Part shown: positions 9,096 to 20,354 of the stretch, one piece after another
How the letters are laid out: the number at the start of each line of letters is the position of its first letter
Position numbering within the stretch: position 1 is the stretch's first letter
Assembly: GCA_035403785.1 (NCBI GenBank)
Contig: DAONFW010000005.1
Location: forward strand, 3,045-67,044
Source of the DNA: Minisyncoccota bacterium
Lineage (GTDB): Bacteria; Patescibacteriota; Minisyncoccia; Phycocordibacterales; UBA9973
DNA: 64,000 bases
Direction: 5' to 3'
The notes under the pieces: generated by a model
Seen by the model: only the letters and a program-made list of their open reading frames with translations
What the model was told of the DNA's origin: nothing
Database searches by the model: none
Program-made: the position numbers and the translations under genes

Positions 9096-10043
9096 CTATT
9101 TGTCCCAACTAAATCCCCTACCAAAATGGCCCCATTTTGAAGTTTCAGCAAATTTTACTTCATCTAATTTAAGTAAGTTTTTTATACCAGCTGGCGTTAA
9201 ATCATATTTTTCTAAATCTATTTTTTCTTCTTTTCCATCTAGAACAGTCACAGCCATGACTGGTTCTGGTTTACCAATGCAATAAGCTAATTTTACAAAA
9301 GCTTCTTTTGCTTTTCCTGATTTTACAAAATCAACTGCAATCTTTCGAGCAACATAAGCGCCAGATCTATCTACTTTCGTATAATCTTTTCCCGAAAAAG
9401 AACCCCCACCGATTGGAACTTCTGGACCATAATTATCTATTATTAATTTTCTTCCAGACAAACCTGTATCAGCGTCAAAACCACCAACATTCCATTCACC
9501 TGACTGATTAATTAAATATTCTTCAGAATTTATTAAACTTTTTACTAAATCTAATAATTCTGCATTTTTAGTATTTTGAAAACTCACAACTACTGTTTTT
9601 ACTTCTTCGTTTTCTAATGTAACCTGAACTTTCCCATCGTATGGATATTTTTCATAAATTTTCATACACAAATTTCTCGCCAGATCATATTCTCTCGGCA
9701 TCATACTTTCTGTTTCAGAAGTTGCATAACCTTTCATGATTCCTTGATCTCCCGCACCGCCAGTATCAACTCCTCGCGAAATTTCGAAACTTTGCTTTAC
9801 TAAATTTATTTTTACTTCAAAATCCTGATTGACTATTTTTTTTACCAAACTTTCTAAATCTGGATTTCCTAAACTTGTAATCTCGCCATTGATTGTAATC
9901 AAATTGTGTCCACCCATTACTTCTACTGCAACTCTGCTGTTCTTGTCTTCTTTCAAATACGCATCTAAAATAGAATCTGCGATAAAATCACAAATCTTAT
10001 CAGGATGCCCAGGACTAACAAATTCTGCTGTTTTTGTACTCAT
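9096..10043 (-). CDS. metK: S-adenosylmethionine synthetase (compact form)
   Basis: GHPDKICD, GAGDQG, DTGLSGRK, GGGSFSGKDYTKVDRS. Confidence 0.95.
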   Translation of the reverse strand: MSTKTAEFVSPGHPDKICDFIADSILDAYLKEDKNSRVAVEVMGGHNLITINGEITSLGNPDLESLVKKIVNQDFEVKINLVKQSFEISRGVDTGGAGDQGIMKGYATSETESMMPREYDLARNLCMKIYEKYPYDGKVQVTLENEEVKTVVVSFQNTKNAELLDLVKSLINSEEYLINQSGEWNVGGFDADTGLSGRKLIIDNYGPEVPIGGGSFSGKDYTKVDRSGAYVARKIAVDFVKSGKAKEAFVKLAYCIGKPEPVMAVTVLDGKEEKIDLEKYDLTPAGIKNLLKLDEVKFAETSKWGHFGRGFSWDK

Positions 10044-10055
10044 AATTTTTGTAAT

Positions 10056-10079
10056 AAAAAATCTCTAAATATTTAGAGA
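10056..10079 (-). terminator. Intrinsic terminator in the metK leader (riboswitch expression platform)
   Basis: Minus strand TCTCTAAATATTTAGAGA followed by TTTTTT, just upstream of the metK ATG. Confidence 0.7.
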
Positions 10080-10108
10080 AAATGTTTTTCACGTGGACTA
10101 GACGTAAA

Positions 10109-10210
10109 CATATCTCTCCAGTTTTTTAAAACTGGTTGGATTTAGCACCTTACTTTTGCAGGTTGCTGAGCGAGTCATAAAGCCAAATCTCTCGTCGCTC
10201 TCTTGATAAC
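10109..10210 (-). ncRNA. SAM-I (S-box) riboswitch
   Basis: Minus strand: TTATCAAGAG..GAGAGATTTGGC..ATGA..CAGCAACC..GGTGCTAAATCC..CCAGTTT/AAACTGG..GAGAT; upstream of metK. Confidence 0.9.
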
Positions 10211-10310
10211 TATTAACTTGTATATAAATACTACTATTATTTAGCATATTTTGCAAATAAATTAAATAAATTTTTACTTTAAAAATTTAACGTGCTACTA
10301 TTTTAATAAC

Positions 10311-11192
10311 ATGATTAAATCAATAATAAACACAAAAAATACAAAAGATGCAGACGTTGTCATTTTATCAGCGCCGTATGAAAAAACGGCTTCTTCTCGA
10401 AAAGGCACAATCAATGGTCCAAAAGCTATTGTAAAATGTCTTGAAGAAAAATTAGAATTTTTTGACAGACAGTTCAAAGTAGAAACAATAGATTTTGTAA
10501 AAATAGCGCATGAAGAATTAAAAAATATCAGCAAGCTATCTCCTGAAAAAGCTGTTCAAAAAATTAAAGACAAAACATTAAATTTATTAAATCAAAATAA
10601 ATTTGTATTTTTGTTTGGCGGTGAACATTCTGTCTCTATTGGTGTTTTTGACGCGCTAAAAGAAAAATATAACCCAAAAGACGTAACTATCTTACATATA
10701 GATGCGCATTGTGATTTGCGAGACAGTGACGCTGATTATAGTAAAAAACCAACAAAGTTTGCTCATTCTGCTGTAATGCGTAGAGCTTCTGAATTTGGAT
10801 TTAATTTAGTGCAAGTTGGTATTAGAACTTACGACAAAACAGAATATGCATATTTTTCTGATCCAGAAAATAATGTTCGCGTTTTTGAATGGAAAAGAAA
10901 AATCCCTGAAATTTCAGAAATTTTAGAATCTATCAAAACAAAATATATTTATATTTCAGTAGACGTAGACGGATTTGACCCAAGCTTTATGCCCGGCACA
11001 GGTACTCCGGTACAAGGCGGACTTGATTGGTGGTATGGATTAGAACTTATAGAACGCGCAATTTATGAAAAAGAACTAATCGGCGCAGATATTGTAGAAG
11101 TTTCTCCACAAAAAGATTCTGTTCTAACAGAATATGGCGCAGCGCAAATATTTTATTCTGTAATTACACACAAATTTAAGAATAGATTTTAA
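10311..11192 (+). CDS. speB: Agmatinase / ureohydrolase
   Basis: GGEHSVS, DAHCD, SVDVDGFDP, GTGTPVQGG. Confidence 0.88.
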   Translation: MIKSIINTKNTKDADVVILSAPYEKTASSRKGTINGPKAIVKCLEEKLEFFDRQFKVETIDFVKIAHEELKNISKLSPEKAVQKIKDKTLNLLNQNKFVFLFGGEHSVSIGVFDALKEKYNPKDVTILHIDAHCDLRDSDADYSKKPTKFAHSAVMRRASEFGFNLVQVGIRTYDKTEYAYFSDPENNVRVFEWKRKIPEISEILESIKTKYIYISVDVDGFDPSFMPGTGTPVQGGLDWWYGLELIERAIYEKELIGADIVEVSPQKDSVLTEYGAAQIFYSVITHKFKNRF

Positions 11193-11785
11193 GAAATTTT
11201 TGTTTCTTTTATTCTAAAACATTTTCTAGATATTAAAAATATTTCAAAAGTATTGGCTAAAATTAAGTAAACTGGGAAAGCATAAATGGCAAATTCCCAG
11301 TTCTTTATTATTAATAAAGCAAGAATATTATTTATAATACCACCTAAAAAAATTAAAGTATTTTCTGTTTCTGGAAATTTATAAGTCTTTATCATGATCG
11401 GAATGTAAGCGAGAAAATCAGCCAAAACAGCGAACAAAATAGAAATTCCCAATTTGTGTGTAATTATATATAAAATTAAAGAAAAAATAGCAAAGGAACA
11501 ACATACAATATCAAGTAAATTGATTTTCCAAAATGCTTCTTTTTTAAAAATTAGAGAAATAGTTAAAACCAAAAACGGCCCGAATCCGGCCATAAAAGTA
11601 CCCAAAACAGAAAGATTTGCTCCAGCTTTTATTTGCAAAAACACCCCAACAGCTGGTGCAAGAGTCCAAACAAACCAAGAAATTGGGTTTGGTTTTGTTT
11701 TATTTTTAAAAATACTTCGAACGTACAGAATAGTAAAAAATAAATTTAATACAACTCCGATAAAAATTATGTTTTCTGGTAACAT
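11189..11785 (-). CDS. Hypothetical multi-pass membrane protein
   Basis: 198 aa with about 6-7 hydrophobic segments. Confidence 0.75.
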   Translation of the reverse strand: MLPENIIFIGVVLNLFFTILYVRSIFKNKTKPNPISWFVWTLAPAVGVFLQIKAGANLSVLGTFMAGFGPFLVLTISLIFKKEAFWKINLLDIVCCSFAIFSLILYIITHKLGISILFAVLADFLAYIPIMIKTYKFPETENTLIFLGGIINNILALLIIKNWEFAIYAFPVYLILANTFEIFLISRKCFRIKETKIS

Positions 11786-11798
11786 TTTGATTTAAAAA

Positions 11799-12461
11799 TT
11801 AAATTCCTTCTTTTTTAAGCTCTTCTAGTAATTCTTTTGCTTTTTTAGAAAGTTTACTTGGCGTTTTAACTTTTATTCTAATATACAAATCACCTGATTT
11901 GCCATTTTTTATTTCTTCACCGTAACCTGTCATTTTGAGAGTCTGCCCATTCACGATACCAGCTGGAATTTTTATTTTTACTTCTTTTTTACCGCCGATT
12001 ATTATTTTCTTTTCTGTTCCGAGAATAGAATCAGTTAGAGAAATATTTAACTCTGTTTCCATGTCTCTGCCTCTTGGTGTTCTTTTGTAAAATCCCCCAG
12101 ATCTACTACCACCACCAAAAAATTCAGAAAAAATATCATTCAAATCAAATTCCATACCTCCAGTACCATTTTGTCCAAAACCAGAAAAATCGAAACCGCC
12201 GAAGCCACCAAAACCTCCTTGTTGCGCACCTCCGAATCCTCCTTGCATGTTTTCAAAACCAGCTCCATATTGGTCATATTTTGCCCTCTTTGAGTCATCA
12301 GAAAGAACCTGATAAGCTTCGTTTACCTCTTTAAATTTCTTTTCATCTCCATCTTTTTTGTCAGGATGATATTTGTGTGCGAGTTTATAAAAAGCCTTTT
12401 TAATTTCGTCTTTTGAGGCGTTTTTATTAACTCCTAATGTTTCATAGTAATCTTTTTTCAT
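11799..12461 (-). CDS. dnaJ: DnaJ-family co-chaperone (J domain + G/F region + short C-terminus, no zinc finger)
   Basis: KDYYETLGV...HPD, G/F-rich linker, GDLYIRI. Confidence 0.88.
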   Translation of the reverse strand: MKKDYYETLGVNKNASKDEIKKAFYKLAHKYHPDKKDGDEKKFKEVNEAYQVLSDDSKRAKYDQYGAGFENMQGGFGGAQQGGFGGFGGFDFSGFGQNGTGGMEFDLNDIFSEFFGGGSRSGGFYKRTPRGRDMETELNISLTDSILGTEKKIIIGGKKEVKIKIPAGIVNGQTLKMTGYGEEIKNGKSGDLYIRIKVKTPSKLSKKAKELLEELKKEGI

Positions 12462-12512
12462 AGCGTCAAATTGTTATTATAATTCGTTCTAAAATTCAGT
12501 CAAGTTTTATTT

Positions 12513-14012
12513 TTAAATCATCGGTTCTGCTTCGATATTTTCTTCATCCTCAGAATCTTCTTTATTTCCAACGTAATTTTCTTCTTCAACCTCTTCTGTT
12601 TTTTTACTTTTCTTTCCTTCAATAATAGCTTTTTCTTCTGCGCTTCTAATAATACTTGCTTCTTCTTCGGCTATTAATTTTGCTGCAGCATCTTTTGGAA
12701 TTGTGTATTTTTTTCTAGAAGCTGCTATTATTTCGTCTCTTAAAGATTCATGAGTCGGCGGTAAAACTTTCAAAGTTTCTGCAGAAAACGGATCGTAAGA
12801 TTCTCCATCGATAGTCATTTTTACATACATTTCACCAACCGCTAAGTTAATCATATCTTTCACGCCGAATATCGGATCAAATTCTGGTTTTAATTTTACG
12901 GCATCTTCTCCACCAACTCTAAAGCAAATTACACTTCCGACGTTTCCGAGCACTGCTTGATGAACTTTCGGTAAAATTTGCCCAACATATTGATGCGCCA
13001 TTGTTAAATTTAAACCGTACTTTCTGGCTTCCGATAAAATATTTTCAAAAGTCTGCGTAACGACATTTTGGAACTCGTCTACATATAGATAAAAATCTTT
13101 ACGTTGAGATTCCGGAATTGCTGCACGTTCCATTCCTGCTTGCTTAATTTTTGTTAGAAAGATAGAACCCAAAAAGCTAGAATTTTCTTCACCCAATCTT
13201 CCTTTTGACAGATTAATCAAAATTATTTTCTGCTCGTTCATTAATTTATTGATATCTATTTTATTTTCTTTCTGACCGAAAATATTTCTAAGCAACGGAT
13301 CTGACAAAAATTGTCCCAATTTGTTAACAAGTGGGATAATAGCGTCGTTATCAAATTTTTCAGACCAATCAGCGAATTCTATTGCGAAGAATCTTTTTAC
13401 CATATCATCCTGAATATATTCAACAACTTTTTGTCTGTAATTTCTGTCTGTCAGCATAGAAATCATGCCTCTCATCGTCGCATACGGATAATCCAAAAGC
13501 GCAAGACAAGTGAATCTAAAAACGTGTTCAAGTCTTGGTGTCCAGTTTGCGCCAAATTGTTTTTGAAAAACTTCTATCAATCCCTGCGTAAGTTGGAATT
13601 TAAACATCGGGTCAACGTTGGAAAGCGGATTGAAAGAAGCTGGAAAATTTATATCAGCTGGATCGATTATGCAAACGTCTTCAATTCTCTCTTTTGGAAT
13701 ATAATCCAAAATAGCATCTACTACGTCACCGTGCGGATCTATCAAACACAATCCATGACCATATGTTATATCCTGACGAATAAAAAGCTCAAGAAGCTTC
13801 GTCTTTCCTACTCCAGATTTTCCAATGATATAAAGATGGCGTTTTCTGTCTACCCTTTTTACGCCGAAAATGAATTTCTTTTCTTCAAGAGCAGCAACAT
13901 AGTTGGTTCTTCCAATGAAAGAAACTTCAGCTGGATCAACCTTGCCAAAAACCGGTAATTCCGGTGGTGGTGGAGCATATTTAACTATTTGTACTCTGTT
14001 TTCTCGAGCCAT
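12513..14012 (-). CDS. TraD/VirD4/HerA-like ATPase
   Basis: GKSGVGKT Walker A, IDPHGD, LYVDEFQN, SEARKYGL. Confidence 0.88.
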   Translation of the reverse strand: MARENRVQIVKYAPPPPELPVFGKVDPAEVSFIGRTNYVAALEEKKFIFGVKRVDRKRHLYIIGKSGVGKTKLLELFIRQDITYGHGLCLIDPHGDVVDAILDYIPKERIEDVCIIDPADINFPASFNPLSNVDPMFKFQLTQGLIEVFQKQFGANWTPRLEHVFRFTCLALLDYPYATMRGMISMLTDRNYRQKVVEYIQDDMVKRFFAIEFADWSEKFDNDAIIPLVNKLGQFLSDPLLRNIFGQKENKIDINKLMNEQKIILINLSKGRLGEENSSFLGSIFLTKIKQAGMERAAIPESQRKDFYLYVDEFQNVVTQTFENILSEARKYGLNLTMAHQYVGQILPKVHQAVLGNVGSVICFRVGGEDAVKLKPEFDPIFGVKDMINLAVGEMYVKMTIDGESYDPFSAETLKVLPPTHESLRDEIIAASRKKYTIPKDAAAKLIAEEEASIIRSAEEKAIIEGKKSKKTEEVEEENYVGNKEDSEDEENIEAEPMI

Positions 14013-14054
14013 AATATCTTTATATTTTAATACATTTTTTGTGTTTTTTCAATC

Positions 14055-15779
14055 CTAGTATATTTCTCTCTTATAACAATCATCGCAATAAGGTTTATAA
14101 CCTTCCAAAGTAGCATGACTACTCAAAATTTCCAAACCACACTTAAAACATTTATCTTTAAAAACCTTAAAATTATTCAAATATTTGAATCTTTCAACTA
14201 TTCTTTCGTATGGAGCAAAAGATGGAATTGCAATGTTTTTTCTTTTATAAAATTCAAATTCTTCTTTTACTATTCTAAAAGGTTTACTCAACGACTCACT
14301 CATAATTCCGACATTTAAAATCTCATCAGAAATATCTTTAATATCATTTTCTATTTCATTAAGATTAATTATTTTTATTTCACTCGATAAGTCAGAATTC
14401 TGATCATACCACCATCCATTCAAATTCAAAACTTCTTCTTTAGAAATATTATATATGATGTTAGAAAGTGAAGCATTATAAGGAAAAGGACTTATAGAAA
14501 AAGAAAAAAATTCTCCATATTCACCATCTGCAAGCATTTTTGATTTTATTTCATCTACTAATTTCCAATACCCTTCTTCTGTATACTGTTTGTTAAAAAC
14601 ACAATATTTAGCATTTACAAGCCCAATACAACCAAAACAATACTGACAATTTTTGCAGTTCATTGTGTACTCACAATCTCTAATTTCTCTACCAAAACTA
14701 GAAAATTTAACATTAAAACAATTATTTCCTACGCCAGAGGTTGCATACAAACTTTCAGCATTTGCCGAAATTGTACAATCATAGCAGTCATTCAATTTTA
14801 TAACAAAATCAACATTCATTAAATTTTCACAATACATCGCCCATGTTGTATTGAAACAGTTTTTAGAGTTTACTAAATAATTTCCAGAAATATTCTGAGA
14901 ATGTTCATTACGAAGAGCTTTGATTGGAAGACTTTTTACTAAATCAGAAAAATTAATTTTGCATTTTTTTAATTCATTTCTGTTACCTAAATTTATTTTA
15001 GAAATTTCTTCAAAATATTGTTCTTTTGTATATTGTTTATTCCAAATGCAATATTTTTTATTTCTTAAATTAACACAACCAAAACAATCATTACAATTTC
15101 TACAATCATAAATAAAACTGCAATCTAGACAATCTTTAGAAAAATAAACAAAATTGCAATTATAACAATTTTCTGGGTAAACTCCTTCGTATATTAAATT
15201 TGTATTTACTGAAACAAGAATATCTAACGAATCTTTTGTTTCCATTGGCCACATACTAAACATTACATTTTCGGCTTTCATTCCACCAAAAACATAAAAA
15301 CAGTTTTTTAACTGGATACCATAAGAAGTATATTGGCTATTTATACTTTCTGGGTTACGGGTCAATGCTGGTTGTGGAGATTTTAAAAAAAGTTTTTTAA
15401 ACTGATCAGAAAAAGAGCCCGAGAAATCGAAATCTACGCCATAATCATTTCCATTTCTATCCCCGTGCCAATAATAATCAAAATCAAAAACAGAAAATTC
15501 TGTTTTTTCTGGTATAGAAGAAATAATTTTCTCGGTATGATTTGGGACATCGCACGGTCTTTTAAATAAAGTTGTATAGTTTACGAACGCCAAGCGTCTT
15601 TGCCTGCGACAGTCATAACACATTTTTGGCTCTGGCACTTTAAATTTTTTAAAAAACTTAATATCATTTTCTGTTATTTCAAATTCATTTTTACATTGAA
15701 CACAATTTTTAAAATGTGGTTTTAAATCAACCAATAAAGATTCAATAGCTTTATCAAATTTAGGAGTCTTAGAAATCAT
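14055..15779 (-). CDS. Cys-rich hypothetical protein (CPR-type)
   Basis: Repeated CxxCxxCFGCxxL motifs, terminal CxxC pairs. Confidence 0.8.
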   Translation of the reverse strand: MISKTPKFDKAIESLLVDLKPHFKNCVQCKNEFEITENDIKFFKKFKVPEPKMCYDCRRQRRLAFVNYTTLFKRPCDVPNHTEKIISSIPEKTEFSVFDFDYYWHGDRNGNDYGVDFDFSGSFSDQFKKLFLKSPQPALTRNPESINSQYTSYGIQLKNCFYVFGGMKAENVMFSMWPMETKDSLDILVSVNTNLIYEGVYPENCYNCNFVYFSKDCLDCSFIYDCRNCNDCFGCVNLRNKKYCIWNKQYTKEQYFEEISKINLGNRNELKKCKINFSDLVKSLPIKALRNEHSQNISGNYLVNSKNCFNTTWAMYCENLMNVDFVIKLNDCYDCTISANAESLYATSGVGNNCFNVKFSSFGREIRDCEYTMNCKNCQYCFGCIGLVNAKYCVFNKQYTEEGYWKLVDEIKSKMLADGEYGEFFSFSISPFPYNASLSNIIYNISKEEVLNLNGWWYDQNSDLSSEIKIINLNEIENDIKDISDEILNVGIMSESLSKPFRIVKEEFEFYKRKNIAIPSFAPYERIVERFKYLNNFKVFKDKCFKCGLEILSSHATLEGYKPYCDDCYKREIY

Positions 15780-18020
15780 TTATTCCAATATCTTTCTTAA
15801 TACATCTTCCGGCACTTCTCTGACCGTTCCCGTTGGAGAAACTGAAGGCTGTGCTTGCGTCTGTGTTTGCGGGGCTGTAGGCGGAGTTTGTTTTACTTCC
15901 TCTTTTTCGGGTTCTTCTTTCAAAATCTTCTCCCTCGGCTGTAGCCCACCTACGGGCGAAGCTTCCTTTTTTGTTTCTACTTCTGGAACTTCTATTTTTT
16001 TATTTACAATATTCTCTTTCTTGGAGATTAGATCTTTCAACTTATTCATCTCCTCTGCCGGCGCTGCTCTGTCTTTCAAATTTATATTTGCAACAGGAGT
16101 TGGTTTTGAGGTTTTTAATTCGTTTAAAGAAACAGCTGAAATCTCTGCTTTATTTTTTTCTTCTTCAGAAATTTTTGCTTCTTTTTTTGTTTCTACTTCT
16201 ACATTTTTTTCTGGGACTTTTTTTATTTCCTGTTTTATTTCAGTCTTTTCTTTGTCTTTGTCTTTGTCTTCCAAAACTTTGTTTTCATTAAGAGTCTTGT
16301 TTAAAATTTCTTTCAAAGCTAAATTTTCTCCCATTATTTTTGGACTCTTTTCTTTTTGTTTATTATTTACAAAAACGCCTTTTATTTTAGAGAAAACATT
16401 TTTCTTTTCATCTCTTTCTCTTTGCACTTGTCTTTGTCCTGCTTCAAATTTTGGTTTACCTTGTTGAAAAGGCATAGTGTCTTTCTGTCCAAATTCAATC
16501 CCTAGGTCAGCTAGTGGTTTAAAATATTTTGACTCGTCATTTCTAATCTGCCTCATCGTACCTTTTACTGGCTTTATTTCACCTGATTTTATTTTTGTTA
16601 TACAGTCTTTACAGTAAACTGGCCTTCCTGGCTCTGGTTTAAATGGGACTTTTGTTTCTTTTGCACAAATAGAACAAACAGCTGTAAATTTTTCAGCGTC
16701 TTCATCTCCAATATTAGATCCACTCCAAGCATTAATTTCCCTTTCTACATCTTCTCTTTTTTTACAATATAAAGCTCTGGAAGACTCGATAACTTGCTTT
16801 TCAATCTCTGGATTCCCCTCAGCCATTGGTGGAAGAGTTTTTGCAGAAAAAGGTCTAGAAGTAATACCGTCTATCATAAGCTTCAAATAAATTTTGTAGT
16901 TTGGCAAAGCAACGATATCCTGCGGGGTAAATTCTGGGTCAAATTCTTTCTCCAAAAAATCAGCGTCTTCTGCACCACACCTGAAAACAACCATCGTTCC
17001 AACGTTTCCGAAAACTGCATCTCGAACAGCAGAACTTTTATCTGAAACAAGCTGCGCTGTATATTGGTGAGCAACAGTAAGATTGAGTCTATATTTTCTA
17101 GCTTCTGAAAGAATTGACGCAAAAGAATCTGTAACGAAATTTTGGAACTCGTCGACATACAAATAAAAGTCTTTACGTTCGTCTTCCGGAATACGCACAC
17201 GCTCCATAGCAGCCAACTGAATTTTTGTAATAATCATACCTCCAAGCAAAGCTGAGTTGTCTTCTCCGATTCTTCCTTTTGAAACGTTAACCAAGAAAAT
17301 TTTCTTTTCATTCATTAAGTCAAAAATATTTATCGTACTTTTTGACTGGCCAACAACGTTTCTTATTATTGATGAAGAAAGAAACTGTCCAACTTTGTTT
17401 TGGATCGGAGCAATAGCTTCATTTCTGAATTTATCTTGCCAAGCTTCATATTCGTGCACCCAAAAAGATTTGATAACCGGATCTTTCAAATTTGAAATAA
17501 TTTTTTGTCTGTAATCCTTGTCTACAAGCAATCTTGGAATACCGAGCATCGTCGTTCCTGGAGTATCAAGTAAAGCTAAAATAGCATTGTTCAAAATGTA
17601 TTCCATTCTGGCTGACCAAGCATTTGCCCAAATTTTAGTAAAAATTCCCATCAAGCCGGAAGCGACAAGATGTTTATATTTCGGATCTGCAATTTCTAAA
17701 ACGTTAAAACCAATATGATAATCTGGATCTGCTGGATTAAAATAAACAACATCTTTTACTCTTTCTGGTGGAATTGCAGAAAGAACAGCTTCTACGTTTT
17801 CTCCATGCGGATCGACTAAACAAACACCATCACCATTTTTGATGTTCTGAATAATCATATTAAACATAAACACAGATTTACCGGTACCAGATTTTCCGAG
17901 AATGTAAACATGTTGGCGTCTGTCTTTACGTTTAATACCAAATAGCTGGTTCTTGTCACGATATGTAGCAAGCCCAAGATACGTAATGTCTTTATTTTGC
18001 GGTATATTTACCGGATTCAT
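15780..18020 (-). CDS. TraD/VirD4/HerA-like ATPase with CxxC-x17-CxxC domain and charged tail
   Basis: GKSGTGKS, VDPHGE, YVDEFQN, SEARKYRL; CSICAKETKVPFKPEPGRPVYCKDC. Confidence 0.88.
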   Translation of the reverse strand: MNPVNIPQNKDITYLGLATYRDKNQLFGIKRKDRRQHVYILGKSGTGKSVFMFNMIIQNIKNGDGVCLVDPHGENVEAVLSAIPPERVKDVVYFNPADPDYHIGFNVLEIADPKYKHLVASGLMGIFTKIWANAWSARMEYILNNAILALLDTPGTTMLGIPRLLVDKDYRQKIISNLKDPVIKSFWVHEYEAWQDKFRNEAIAPIQNKVGQFLSSSIIRNVVGQSKSTINIFDLMNEKKIFLVNVSKGRIGEDNSALLGGMIITKIQLAAMERVRIPEDERKDFYLYVDEFQNFVTDSFASILSEARKYRLNLTVAHQYTAQLVSDKSSAVRDAVFGNVGTMVVFRCGAEDADFLEKEFDPEFTPQDIVALPNYKIYLKLMIDGITSRPFSAKTLPPMAEGNPEIEKQVIESSRALYCKKREDVEREINAWSGSNIGDEDAEKFTAVCSICAKETKVPFKPEPGRPVYCKDCITKIKSGEIKPVKGTMRQIRNDESKYFKPLADLGIEFGQKDTMPFQQGKPKFEAGQRQVQRERDEKKNVFSKIKGVFVNNKQKEKSPKIMGENLALKEILNKTLNENKVLEDKDKDKEKTEIKQEIKKVPEKNVEVETKKEAKISEEEKNKAEISAVSLNELKTSKPTPVANINLKDRAAPAEEMNKLKDLISKKENIVNKKIEVPEVETKKEASPVGGLQPREKILKEEPEKEEVKQTPPTAPQTQTQAQPSVSPTGTVREVPEDVLRKILE

Positions 18021-18050
18021 TACTTTTAATTATACCAAATCAAACAAAAT

Positions 18051-18114
18051 ATAAAAAGCGTTTTTCGAGTAGTCTGGTGAATTTACCCCAGGACCAAAGA
18101 AAAACGCTTTTTAT
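18051..18114. terminator. Long stem-loop downstream of dnaK (probable terminator)
   Basis: Perfect 16-bp IR ataaaaagcgtttttc/gaaaaacgctttttat around a 32-nt structured interior. Confidence 0.65.
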
Positions 18115-18138
18115 TTTTAGTTTTATAATTTATTCTTT

Positions 18139-20037
18139 TTATTCTGCTTTGTCGTTTTTGTCTTTATCTTCAGCAACTTCAGCTTCTTGAATTTCTGGTT
18201 CTTGAGCTTCTGCTGTTGTTGAACTTGAAGTTTGACCGGCCTTACTCATAGCTTCGCCAATTTTAGACATTTCAGAAGATAGCTCTTCTGTTGCTTTCTT
18301 GATGGCTTCTAGATCATTCCCTTCTTTCACCGTTTTCAAATTAGAAATTTTAGAAGTTACTCCAGTTTTTACATCTTCTGGAATCTTAGTCTCATTTTCT
18401 TTTACAGATTTTTCAGCTGTGTACAAAATCATTTCAGCTGTATTTTTCACTTCAATCAATTCTTTCTTCTTCTTATCTTCTTCAGCATGAAGTTCAGCTT
18501 CTTGTTGCATTCTCTTGATATCTTCATCTTTCAATCCAGAACTTGCTTCTATTCTGATAGACTGCACTTTTCCTGAAGCTTTATCTTGAGCTTTTACGTT
18601 TAAGATTCCGTTTGCATCAACATCGAAAGTAACTTCAACTTGTGGCATGCCTCTTGGTGCTGGTGGAATTCCATCCAAAATAAATCTTCCAAGAGATTTG
18701 TTATCATTTGCCATTGGTCTTTCACCTTGCGTTATGTGAATTTCCACAGAAGTCTGATTATCTGCCGCAGTTGAGAAAACTTGAGACTTAGAAGTTGGAA
18801 TTGTAGTATTCTTTTCTATCAACTTAGTTGCTACACCTCCCAAAGTTTCTATTCCAAGAGAAAGCGGAATCACGTCTAGTAACAAGACATCTCGCACATC
18901 TCCTTGCAAAACTCCAGCTTGCACCGCTGCGCCCAATGCAACTACTTCGTCAGGATTGATAGAAAGATTTGGAAGTTTTCCAAATAATTTTTCAACAGCA
19001 CTTACAATCGCTGGCATTCTTGTCTGTCCACCAACCATTATGATTTCATTTATTTCATTCATTTTGAATGGTGATGCTTCAAGTGCACGTTTCGTGATTT
19101 CAATAGATCTATCTATGTATTCTTTTGCCAAACTTTCTAAAGTTGCTCTGGTCATTCTCATCAACAAATGTTTTGGTCCAGTAGCATCCGAAGTAATAAA
19201 CGGAATATTTATTTCAGCTTCCAAAGTAGTAGAAAGTTCATGTTTAGCTTTTTCTGCTGCTTCTTTCAATCTCTGGTGTGCTAGCGGATCTTTTGTAACA
19301 TCAATTCCAGATTCTTTTTTAAATTCTTCTGCAATCCAATTTATAACTTTTCTATCAATATCGCCTCCACCCATGTGTGAGTCTCCGTCTGTAGATTTCA
19401 CTTCTATTACATCATCACCGATTTCAAGCACAGATACGTCAAAAGTTCCACCTCCGAAGTCATACACAACTACTTTTTCGTTTTTCTTTTTATCAAAACC
19501 GTAAGCAAGCGCTGCGGCTGTCGGCTCGTTGATTATTCTTTTTACATCAAGTCCGGCAATTAAACCAGCGTCTTTTGTAGCTTTTCTCTGCGCATCATTA
19601 AAGTAAGCCGGCACTGTGATAACAGCTTCTGTAATTTTTTCTCCAGTTTTTGCTTCAACATCTGTTTTAATTTTTTGCAAAATCATTGCAGAAATTTCTT
19701 CTGGTCTGTAAAATTTGTCAGCCATTTTTACTTTCACGCCACCGTCTTCGCCTTGCTCAATCTTGAACGGCGCAGAAGTTTTGTCTTTCTGAACACCCGG
19801 ATCATCAAATCTGTGACCCATGTATCTTTTCATTTCTGACAAAGTATTTTCTGGATTTGTCACTGCCTGTCTTTTTGCTAATAATCCAACTATTCTGTCG
19901 CCATTTTTTGTGGTAGCAACAACAGATGGCGTTGTTCTGTTTCCTTCAACGTTTTCAACTATTTTCGGAGAACCTCCTTCAATAATTGCAACTGCTGAGT
20001 TTGTTGTACCCAAATCTATACCTATTATTTTACTCAT
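18139..20037 (-). CDS. dnaK: Chaperone DnaK
   Basis: [37 protein letters not shown]. Confidence 0.98.
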   Translation of the reverse strand: MSKIIGIDLGTTNSAVAIIEGGSPKIVENVEGNRTTPSVVATTKNGDRIVGLLAKRQAVTNPENTLSEMKRYMGHRFDDPGVQKDKTSAPFKIEQGEDGGVKVKMADKFYRPEEISAMILQKIKTDVEAKTGEKITEAVITVPAYFNDAQRKATKDAGLIAGLDVKRIINEPTAAALAYGFDKKKNEKVVVYDFGGGTFDVSVLEIGDDVIEVKSTDGDSHMGGGDIDRKVINWIAEEFKKESGIDVTKDPLAHQRLKEAAEKAKHELSTTLEAEINIPFITSDATGPKHLLMRMTRATLESLAKEYIDRSIEITKRALEASPFKMNEINEIIMVGGQTRMPAIVSAVEKLFGKLPNLSINPDEVVALGAAVQAGVLQGDVRDVLLLDVIPLSLGIETLGGVATKLIEKNTTIPTSKSQVFSTAADNQTSVEIHITQGERPMANDNKSLGRFILDGIPPAPRGMPQVEVTFDVDANGILNVKAQDKASGKVQSIRIEASSGLKDEDIKRMQQEAELHAEEDKKKKELIEVKNTAEMILYTAEKSVKENETKIPEDVKTGVTSKISNLKTVKEGNDLEAIKKATEELSSEMSKIGEAMSKAGQTSSSTTAEAQEPEIQEAEVAEDKDKNDKAE

Positions 20038-20111
20038 ACTTTTTATATTTTTTTATTTATTTTATTTTCATTTCCCGAACTCGACTTTCGGGGTTTGTAA
20101 TTTAATGGATC

Positions 20112-20354
20112 TTAAAAATTTCTTAAACATCTAACATATTCATTTGTATAAGAATCAGTATATTGTTTCAATAAATCTGTGCTAGAATTTTCTTCCTTAT
20201 AATTCATTAAATGACCTAAAACACCTTCTTGTATTGCTTGATCTCTACAAAAAAACATTCTGTATTCTTTTTGATATTTAATATACCCGAAAATAAAAAT
20301 CAATAAGATAATTATAATAAATATATAAAATTTTTTGTCTGTTATTTTTGACAT
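20112..20354 (-). CDS. Small hypothetical membrane-anchored protein
   Basis: 80 aa with an N-terminal TM segment; co-oriented upstream of dnaK. Confidence 0.55.
   Translation of the reverse strand: MSKITDKKFYIFIIIILLIFIFGYIKYQKEYRMFFCRDQAIQEGVLGHLMNYKEENSSTDLLKQYTDSYTNEYVRCLRNF

Noticed and set aside
18001-18020. Start ATGAATCCGGTA (MNPVN) resembling the element's ATGAATCCCGTTAGA
   Set aside because: Only a partial match, with no partner arm and no duplicated ATGAA.
12513-18020. Conjugative element/ICE
   Set aside because: No relaxase, integrase, VirB genes or att-like repeats; embedded among core genes.
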